From contig OY970341.1 of NCBI GenBank assembly GCA_963717485.1, forward strand, positions 1,316,067-1,348,066: a DNA stretch of 32,000 nucleotides. The letters run 5' to 3'. The notes under the pieces are model-generated. The model ran no database searches. It had not been told where the DNA came from and saw only the letters and a program-made list of their open reading frames with translations. Made by a program: the position numbers and the translations under genes. This document shows, piece by piece, positions 26,149 to 32,000 of this stretch. Numbering within the stretch: position 1 is the first letter of the stretch; each line of letters starts with the position of its first letter. The DNA is from an uncultured delta proteobacterium (GTDB taxonomy: Bacteria > Desulfobacterota > Syntrophobacteria > Syntrophobacterales > Syntrophobacteraceae).

Positions 26149-26852
26149 ATTAAAAACCCTCCACTCTTTACGAGGAAATATTCCGCCGCCAGAATCATAA
26201 GCACTCCGAAGACCCTCTGCACCCGAATCATCCATATCCCGGATCGCGGCAACGAGGTGAGCAATCCGGTGAACGTACCCACTATAATCACGAGCGCGCC
26301 CAACCCGATTGAAAAAGAGAAAAGCATTCCAACCCCAAGGGCGATCTGGTGCTGCGCCGCAACCATGGCCAGAAGAACGCCCAGAACGGGGGTGGTGCAG
26401 GTACTCACCACTAAAGCCGATGCCCCGCCAAGTATCATGCTGGTAAAAACATCGTGGCCGGAAAACTCCTTCACCCTCAGGCTATTGAGAAAACCGGGAG
26501 GTGCAAGGGGGACCGCATCGAGCATCACGAGCCCGAAAAAAAGGCAAAGATTGCCAACGATAAGATAAGCCCAGAGGCTGGCGGTAAGAGCCCCGAACAA
26601 CTGTCCGGTCAGGGCCGCAAAAATGGCTAAAGCTGAATAAACAATCGCCATGCCCAGGACATAAAAAAGCGAAAGCAAAAACCCCCTGCGCCTGCTGCCG
26701 TTCGCCTTCCCGCCGATAAAGGCAACCGTTATCGGCATCATGGGATAGGTGCATGGGGTAAAGCTCGCCAGAACGCCTCCGGCAAACGAAAGAAGTATTG
26801 CAAGCCACGGGGAGCTGCGAGCGATGCCCTCGAAATGGCTGATCCACTCCAT
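26145..26852 (-). CDS. ccdA: Cytochrome c biogenesis / DsbD-type thiol-disulfide transporter CcdA
   Basis: Six-TM protein with SFTPCTYPMMP and a second conserved Cys (VVSTCTTPV). Confidence 0.85.
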   Translation of the reverse strand: MEWISHFEGIARSSPWLAILLSFAGGVLASFTPCTYPMMPITVAFIGGKANGSRRRGFLLSLFYVLGMAIVYSALAIFAALTGQLFGALTASLWAYLIVGNLCLFFGLVMLDAVPLAPPGFLNSLRVKEFSGHDVFTSMILGGASALVVSTCTTPVLGVLLAMVAAQHQIALGVGMLFSFSIGLGALVIIVGTFTGLLTSLPRSGIWMIRVQRVFGVLMILAAEYFLVKSGGFLI

Positions 26853-26906
26853 AAAAAACCCTTCTCAAAAGTGCCGACTCCGGTTTAGACGGGGTCAGCA
26901 AATGGT

Positions 26907-27713
26907 TTACGAATCCCTTTGCCTTGCCGAATCTTTTCTGTTGACCGGCCAGGAAAATCCACATGATGGCAAAATTTGCTCGAGCACCTTGATGCTCTGG
27001 ATTTCCTTTCTGGTATGATAGCAGAACCAGTCGAGAAGTCCCATCAAAAGAGGCGCCTTAATTTCACGGCGCATTCGAAGCCGCCATGTTCTCTCAAGCG
27101 GAATCTTGCGCAAATAATGTATTAACGCCAATGTCCCCGTATCCAAAGCGACATAGCTGGTATTCGGACAAATGTGATCCTCGCATACAAGTTTGCCGCC
27201 TGCCGCCTGCCAAAACCATTTGTTGGCGGTTTGCAGCTTGCTTTTGCAAATCGCGCATCCGTCCAGGGCAGGCATATATCCCATCAAAAACTGAAAACGC
27301 AACAGCGCCAATACTAACACATTCTGCGGGTCTTTGTCCCGTTCCAATCTTTCCAGGGTCTCCTTGTGAAGAAGAAACGGGTCGAGGTGGGATTCCCCTT
27401 CGGGGACCATTTCAAGAATGATTTCGGAAAAAAGCGCTGCATATGCCCATTTCTCGATGTCTGCGCGCATTGGGAGATAAGGTTCCACCAGTTTGCAGGC
27501 TTCGATCCAGATAAAAGAATTCCTTTCCCGGCACTCCACGCGCACAAGGCTGCACGGCTCAAATACATTGGCGAATCTTTTCCTGCTTCTCCTTGCGCCC
27601 TTGGCAATTCCGCGCAATCTCCCGAACCCGGCGGAGTGAAACGTGACGAGGCGATCAGATTCGCCATAGTCGCGTGTGCTCAAAACGATTGCATCGGTTT
27701 CGAATGTTTTCAT
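26907..27713 (-). CDS. recO: DNA repair protein RecO
   Basis: N-terminal OB-fold pattern AIVLSTRDYGESDRLVTFHSAGFGRLRGIAKGARRSRKRF and a Cys-containing zinc motif (CAICKS ... C..H). Confidence 0.85.
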   Translation of the reverse strand: MKTFETDAIVLSTRDYGESDRLVTFHSAGFGRLRGIAKGARRSRKRFANVFEPCSLVRVECRERNSFIWIEACKLVEPYLPMRADIEKWAYAALFSEIILEMVPEGESHLDPFLLHKETLERLERDKDPQNVLVLALLRFQFLMGYMPALDGCAICKSKLQTANKWFWQAAGGKLVCEDHICPNTSYVALDTGTLALIHYLRKIPLERTWRLRMRREIKAPLLMGLLDWFCYHTRKEIQSIKVLEQILPSCGFSWPVNRKDSARQRDS

Positions 27714-28113
27714 TTTTCCCGGCCGACCGGGCTCAACTCCTTAATCGATTAAGTATTTTAATACATGTAGGGCAATTTGTACAAGAAGGCTTTGATAAGA
27801 TTCTGATGCAGGGGCATTGGACCCCGGTTCGAAGGGGAAAAGATATTGACTATTTTCCCATTAGTATGCATTTTAATTCACGAGCTTTCCTGTCCCCCAT
27901 GGCGCTCATTCTTTCCGCTTTGTTGCGCGGTTTGCACTATGCGTCAGCGGGGGCCATCGTCAGTCTGCGTTGGGACCTTCAAAAAAATGTTAACGCTAAC
28001 CCTGTAGCAAGGAGGTTTATTTTGTCCGCTTAGTTTCAAATTAACCATCACATGGCGCCTTCTAACTTCATTCTCAATTTATTTTTCGGTTTCCACCCCT
28101 GAGGAGGGCTAAG

Positions 28114-28506
28114 ATGAGCTCGAGGACCAAGGATGATGCAAGGGATTGGGTGAACAACGCCAAATCATTTTATAGGGCCGCAGGCAAGAGGATCGCTCTT
28201 GCCGAATTTACCAACCCTACGGGAATGTTTATCCAGGACGAAATGTACATTTACGTGCTCAACCCAAAGGGAACCATGCTGGCCCATGGGGTAAACGAGA
28301 AGTTCGTGGGAGAGGACTTCATTGACCTGATGGATTCAGACGGAAAAAAATTCATAAGAGAGATAGTGGATGTGGCTAATACCGAAGGGAAGGGCTGGGT
28401 CGAGTATAAATGGTATCATCCGACCACCAAACAATGGCTCCCCAAAGTGGCTTATTTCGAGAAAGTGGACGATTTGATAATCGTAAGCGCCATTTACGGG
28501 AAATAG
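28114..28506 (+). CDS. Standalone single-Cache (sCache_2-like) domain protein, no signal peptide
   Basis: GAGGAGGG SD upstream. YIYVLNPKGTMLAHGVNEKFVGEDFIDLMDSDGKKFIREI...GKGWVEYKWYHPTTKQWLPKVAYFEKV matches the Cache pattern. Confidence 0.7.
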   Translation: MSSRTKDDARDWVNNAKSFYRAAGKRIALAEFTNPTGMFIQDEMYIYVLNPKGTMLAHGVNEKFVGEDFIDLMDSDGKKFIREIVDVANTEGKGWVEYKWYHPTTKQWLPKVAYFEKVDDLIIVSAIYGK

Positions 28507-28514
28507 ATCCGAAT

Positions 28515-28563
28515 CCGGATACCGGATAAAGACTCCAGGTTTCGCGGAGTATCCGGTATCCGG
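28515..28563. repeat. Perfect 14-bp inverted repeat (each arm is a tandem CCGGATA heptamer) with a 21-nt spacer, between convergent genes
   Basis: ccggataccggata (28515-28528) and tatccggtatccgg (28550-28563). A T6 run follows 10 nt later on the plus strand. Possible shared terminator. Confidence 0.5.
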
Positions 28564-28669
28564 CACGCAGCATACTTTTTTGCGCGAAGGTGTGCCTCAG
28601 AGGCGGCCCTGCACGCGATCAGCGGGCGCCGGTCTCCACGCTCCGCAGGCTCGCACCGGCATCCGCATA

Positions 28670-30199
28670 TCAACTTTTGATCGTCGCTGCGCCGCCGTTT
28701 GCAAAGTATCGATTATAAGCGTTCAGATAAGCGCGGGCACTGGCCTCTATCACGTCCGGACTGGTTCCTATACCCGAATAGATCGTATCGCCGATCTGCA
28801 CTCTTACCATGGCTTCACCAAGTGCGTCCCGGCCCATTGTAACCGCCTTAAGGTCATAATCGCGAAGCTTGCCCGAAACTCCGGTGATTCGCTCTATCCC
28901 GTTGAAAACGGCGTCAACCGGACCATTCCCAGTCGCGGCGTCCGTATAAAGTTGTCCGTCCCTCTCAAGAGTTACCGATGCGAGCGGGACCATTTTGCTT
29001 CCGCTCATGATCTGCAGGCTGTGCATTTTATATGTTTCAGGCGCCTTGGAAACCTCGATCTCAACGATCGATTGAAGATCCTGTGTGCCGATTTCTTTTT
29101 TACGGTCAGCAACATCGATGAAACGATTGTAGACGCGCTCAAAGACTTCGGGAGCGACCGAAAAACCGAGTTCGGTGAGGCGGTGCTTGAGGGCGGCTCG
29201 CCCTGAGCGGGCTGTGAGCACTATCGTGTGCTGCTTTATCCCCAGGTCCTCGGGTCTCATGATCTCGTATGTGGTCCTGTCCTTGAGAACCCCGTCCTGA
29301 TGAATCCCGGCAGAATGAGAAAAGGCGTTGCTTCCAACTATCGCCTTGTTCGGCTGGACGGGGATGTTCATGATCCTGCTCACCATTCGGCTCGTACGGT
29401 ATATCTCTGAGGTATCGATGGCCGTAGTCGCCTGGTAATTTGCAAACCTTGTCCTGAGCACCATTACGATTTCCTCGAGGGATGCGTTTCCAGCCCGCTC
29501 CCCGATGCCGTTGATCGTGCACTCAACCTGGTCCGCTCCATTGCGAATAGCGGCGATACTGTTGGCGACCGCCAGCCCGAGGTCGTTGTGGCAGTGGACG
29601 CTCAGAAGGGCGCGGTGAATGGAAGGAACGGTCTCGCGAATTCTGTGGATAAGGTGGCCGAACTCCTCGGGCAGGGCATATCCTACGGTATCGGGAACAT
29701 TGATAACAGTTGCCCCGGCCTGAATGGTCGCCTCGATAATACGGCACAGGAAATCGAAATCCGTCCTCGACCCGTCTTCGGTGGAGAATTCAATGTTATC
29801 GCACAGGTTCCTTGCATATTTTACCGCCCCCACAGCCATCTCCAGAGCGCTTTCACGGTCTTTCCGCAGTTTTTTCAGTATGTGAATATCCGATGAGCCA
29901 AGGAAAACGTGAATCCGCGGCCTTTGCGCCTCGCGGACTGCCTCCCATGCCATATCGATATCCTCTTTCACCGCGCGGGCAAGGGCCGCTATCACCGGGC
30001 CTTCGACCTGTTGCGAAATTGCCCTGACCGCCTGGAGATCGCCTGGAGAAGAGCAGGGGAAACCCCCTTCAATTACGTCAACTTTGAGCTTTGCAAGCTG
30101 CTGGGCGATTTCAATTTTTTGTCTCTTGTTGAGCTTAGCGCCCGGGACCTGTTCCCCATCCCTGAGCGTGGTGTCAAAAATATGTATTTTTCTGCTCAT
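28670..30199 (-). CDS. leuA: 2-isopropylmalate synthase
   Basis: [17 protein letters not shown]..., [13 protein letters not shown], and a C-terminal LeuA regulatory domain. About 509 aa. A Leu-rich leader lies upstream. Confidence 0.9.
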   Translation of the reverse strand: MSRKIHIFDTTLRDGEQVPGAKLNKRQKIEIAQQLAKLKVDVIEGGFPCSSPGDLQAVRAISQQVEGPVIAALARAVKEDIDMAWEAVREAQRPRIHVFLGSSDIHILKKLRKDRESALEMAVGAVKYARNLCDNIEFSTEDGSRTDFDFLCRIIEATIQAGATVINVPDTVGYALPEEFGHLIHRIRETVPSIHRALLSVHCHNDLGLAVANSIAAIRNGADQVECTINGIGERAGNASLEEIVMVLRTRFANYQATTAIDTSEIYRTSRMVSRIMNIPVQPNKAIVGSNAFSHSAGIHQDGVLKDRTTYEIMRPEDLGIKQHTIVLTARSGRAALKHRLTELGFSVAPEVFERVYNRFIDVADRKKEIGTQDLQSIVEIEVSKAPETYKMHSLQIMSGSKMVPLASVTLERDGQLYTDAATGNGPVDAVFNGIERITGVSGKLRDYDLKAVTMGRDALGEAMVRVQIGDTIYSGIGTSPDVIEASARAYLNAYNRYFANGGAATIKS

Positions 30200-30243
30200 C
30201 GTGTTCCCCTTTGTCCATGCCGGCTGTTAAAAATCAAAAAAAG

Positions 30244-30340
30244 CTTCAAAACGCAAAAAGGCCATGGGGAGAACCCATGGCCTTTAGTTGTCAGTCAGTC
30301 TCAGTTTGCGTCATAGGAAGAGAAAGGCAAAAGGTTCTCC
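30244..30340 (-). promoter_or_regulatory. Transcription attenuator: antiterminator/terminator alternative structures upstream of leuA
   Basis: Terminator AAAGGCCAUGGG-UUCUC-CCCAUGGCCUUU plus UUUUUGCGUUUU (30285-30244). The upstream segment GGAGAACCUUUUGCCUUU (30340-30323) is complementary to AAAGGCCAUGGGUUCUCC (8 + 6 bp), which excludes the terminator. Confidence 0.75.
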
Positions 30341-30403
30341 GGTCCGGCGAAGCGGACTAAGTAGTAGAATGAGTAGCGCGAGTAGAGTGAGGGAAGTGAT
30401 CAT
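30311..30403 (-). CDS. Leucine-rich leader peptide (30 aa) of the leuA attenuator
   Basis: GGAGA lies 6 nt upstream of the ATG. MITSLTLLALLILLLSPLRRTGEPFAFLFL: 8 Leu in codons 5-15. The antiterminator arm lies in codons 22-27. Confidence 0.7.
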   Translation of the reverse strand: MITSLTLLALLILLLSPLRRTGEPFAFLFL

Positions 30404-30443
30404 GCTAAGTCTCCAACGTAATGCATTTTCTCACGTTCGGGTC

Positions 30444-30472
30444 CATATACCCGCCGGCAACGAACAAGTCAA
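30444..30472 (-). promoter_or_regulatory. Candidate sigma-70 promoter for the leu leader
   Basis: Minus strand: TTGACT, 17-nt spacer, TATATG. About 40 nt upstream of the leader ATG. Confidence 0.4.
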
Positions 30473-30615
30473 GACCGAATACCATAGGCAATGGCAAAAC
30501 AGACCGCAATCTCCGCGAAAAAAATGAGCATGTTGAGAACGTATTTCCTGATGGGGAAATCTTCGATTATACGATTTGCTGCTTGCATGTTGTCGTATGC
30601 CTGTTTTGTATCCAT
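30469..30615 (-). CDS. Possible 48-aa single-TM protein (below the track's size cutoff)
   Basis: AGGA lies about 7 nt upstream of the ATG. MDTKQAYDNMQAANRIIEDFPIRKYVLNMLIFFAEIAVCFAIAYGIRS has one hydrophobic helix. There is no other support. Confidence 0.25.
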   Translation of the reverse strand: MDTKQAYDNMQAANRIIEDFPIRKYVLNMLIFFAEIAVCFAIAYGIRS

Positions 30616-30766
30616 CTAAAAATCCTGCCTTGCAGATTATATCGGCTAATCGGCGGATTCGATTAAGCCTTAAAGTTGCTTGCCCCAAGTCATATCTCGC
30701 TATTATATTTGCCGTGGCGAAAAGATCAAGCCTTTTTGAAAATCGCAATGGTGGAAGGATCGCAGC

Positions 30767-32000
30767 GTGGTTGGTGAAGATCTATGCTGGAGTACAGCGG
30801 GGCAGGTGAGAGTCGGACTCCGCTTTGTCCCTGACGATGTTCTCGGGGTAATGGAAAAAATCCACAAGGCTGGAGCTGAGGTGTGGGTTGTTGGCGGCGC
30901 GTTGCGGGATTTTCTTCTCGAGATCGAACCAAAAGATTGGGACCTTGCAACCAGCGCAAGCACCGGGCAGATTGTCTCACTTTTCCAAGGGGTGATCCCG
31001 GTGGGAATCCGGCACGGCACTGTTCAGGTCCGCACAAGGACCCGCGATATTGAAGTAACCAGCTTTGAGCCTCATGGGGAGGCCGGAATATTGAAAGACC
31101 TCGGGCGGCGGGATTTTACGATCAATTCGCTTGCGCTTTCATATCCGCACGGTGACCTGATCGACCCGCATCGAGGCCGCGAGGACTTGAAAGCGGGTCT
31201 GATCAGGGCGGTTGGAAATCCTCGGGACAGGTTTTCTGAAGACCCGCTGCGGATCGTTCGGGCCGCAAGGATTTGCGGAATTTACGGCTTCAGGGTCGAT
31301 CACACCGCTTTAGACGCCATGCGGGAGTTGTCTGGAAAGCTTCAGAGCGTTTCAGGCGAGCGGATTCGCAACGAAATACTCAAGATACTCCTGGCCGCCA
31401 ACGTGTCCGGGGCTTTTGACCTGCTCAGAAAGAGCGGAGCACTTGGAAGGTTGCTTCCCGGCCTCGATGCGCCCGTGAACATCGAAACCGGCATGGGATC
31501 AGCCGTCAGCATCTTCGATCATACCCTTGCATGTATCGTTAATTGTCCGGAGACTATTCGGGTAAGGCTTGCCGCTCTTTTTCACAAAATAGCCTCTTCA
31601 ACTGCCGAGGCGGGAGATCACGGGCAAAAGATGGACTTAAGGCGCGAAAGCGCCCGAAGCGCAGGGGAAACAATGAAGATGTGGAACATGTCGAACAAAA
31701 GCATCCATGAAGTGTCCACGCTTGTTGCACAGCAGCTTCCTCCGGAGGCGCCCTTCTGGAAAGACGCCCATATCAGGCGGTTCATAGCGGCTGTCCAGCC
31801 GGAGCTTATCGACGATTTCATAGCGCTTGCCGAAGCCGAAGTCCTCTCCGGAGGGTATGTGGAATGCGGAATCGAAGAAATCAGGCAGCTTCGAGCCAGG
31901 ATGAAACTGCAACTCGACCGGATGTCGGCTCTTAGCGTGCGCGAGCTTGCCCTTGGCGGACATGATGTTATGAAAATTCTCGATCTTCCGCCGGGGCCGG
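30767..32000 (+). CDS. cca: CCA-adding enzyme / tRNA nucleotidyltransferase with HD domain (3' end beyond the window; absent from the ORF track)
   Basis: The frame is open from 30740 to the window end. VWVVGGALRDFLLEIEPKDWDLATSA, RDFTINSLA, EDPLRIVRAARI and IFDHTL motifs. Start is uncertain: GTG 30767 (GGAAGGA 7 nt upstream) or GTG 30806. Confidence 0.8.
   Translation, partial: MVGEDLCWSTAGQVRVGLRFVPDDVLGVMEKIHKAGAEVWVVGGALRDFLLEIEPKDWDLATSASTGQIVSLFQGVIPVGIRHGTVQVRTRTRDIEVTSFEPHGEAGILKDLGRRDFTINSLALSYPHGDLIDPHRGREDLKAGLIRAVGNPRDRFSEDPLRIVRAARICGIYGFRVDHTALDAMRELSGKLQSVSGERIRNEILKILLAANVSGAFDLLRKSGALGRLLPGLDAPVNIETGMGSAVSIFDHTLACIVNCPETIRVRLAALFHKIASSTAEAGDHGQKMDLRRESARSAGETMKMWNMSNKSIHEVSTLVAQQLPPEAPFWKDAHIRRFIAAVQPELIDDFIALAEAEVLSGGYVECGIEEIRQLRARMKLQLDRMSALSVRELALGGHDVMKILDLPPGP

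Noticed and set aside
27822-27837. tRNA T-loop-like sequence ccccGGTTCGAAgggg, considered as a tRNA gene or an att-site remnant.
   Set aside because: The stem and loop geometry is non-canonical (8-nt loop, 4-bp stem). No acceptor, D or anticodon arms can be drawn in the flanks.
27674-28033. 119-aa plus-strand ORF in the recO / Cache intergenic region.
   Set aside because: It starts inside recO on the opposite strand and has no SD or recognisable motifs. It is more likely promoter or 5'-UTR sequence. The 12-bp palindrome TTAATCGATTAA at 27741-27752 is noted but has no assignable role.
28580-30316. Plus-strand and alternate-frame ORFs across leuA (28580..29206 +, 29139..29522 -, 29588..29896 +, 29909..30316 +) and over the leader (30288..30527 +).
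   Set aside because: They are antisense or out of frame relative to a full-length LeuA CDS and its leader or attenuator, and they have no motifs.
30431-31037. Minus-strand ORFs 30431..30748, 30703..31020 and 30726..31037, and plus-strand ORF 30576..30809.
   Set aside because: They overlap the intergenic promoter region and the 5' part of the CCA-adding enzyme gene. They have biased composition, no SD and no family.

Overview
The window reads as a chromosomal segment from a Desulfobacterota-like (deltaproteobacterial) anaerobe. That assignment is inferred from gene content only: many PAS/receiver signalling proteins, the LLPICxxCKKIR tail motif, and possible selenocysteine use.

The left part (about 2.1-12.8 kb) is a mosaic accessory stretch.
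- An ECF sigma-factor stub.
- A frameshifted, 3'-truncated Old-Yellow-Enzyme-type reductase.
- A TetR-headed cassette (QueG-like Fe-S protein, cupin, PaaI thioesterase).
- A complete phosphite uptake and oxidation operon (ptxABCD).
- Two tandemly duplicated small secreted proteins.
- A ParE/RelE-type toxin-antitoxin pair.
- These blocks are punctuated by four segments derived from the ribosome-rescue gene arfB: one intact gene and three remnants.

The right part is mostly housekeeping and signalling.
- Envelope and enzymes: a secreted beta-carbonic anhydrase, a Cys-rich small protein, a YibQ-like deacetylase, a CtpA-type protease, glgC, a tlpA-like/ccdA pair, recO and a standalone Cache protein.
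- Signalling: RR-PAS with a Cys4 tail, RR-HPt, and RR-PAS-GGDEF-EAL.
- A partial CCA-adding enzyme gene runs off the right edge and is missing from the supplied ORF track.

The observations most worth a second look:
- A DUF1573 protein has an in-frame UGA exactly where the family has a conserved Cys, making it a selenoprotein candidate.
- leuA is preceded by a Leu-rich leader peptide with terminator and antiterminator pairings.
- A secreted Gly/Trp/Tyr/Pro low-complexity protein has no obvious family.

I recognised no rRNA, tRNA, CRISPR array, transposase or integrase. All homology calls come from reading motifs by eye; no searches were run.
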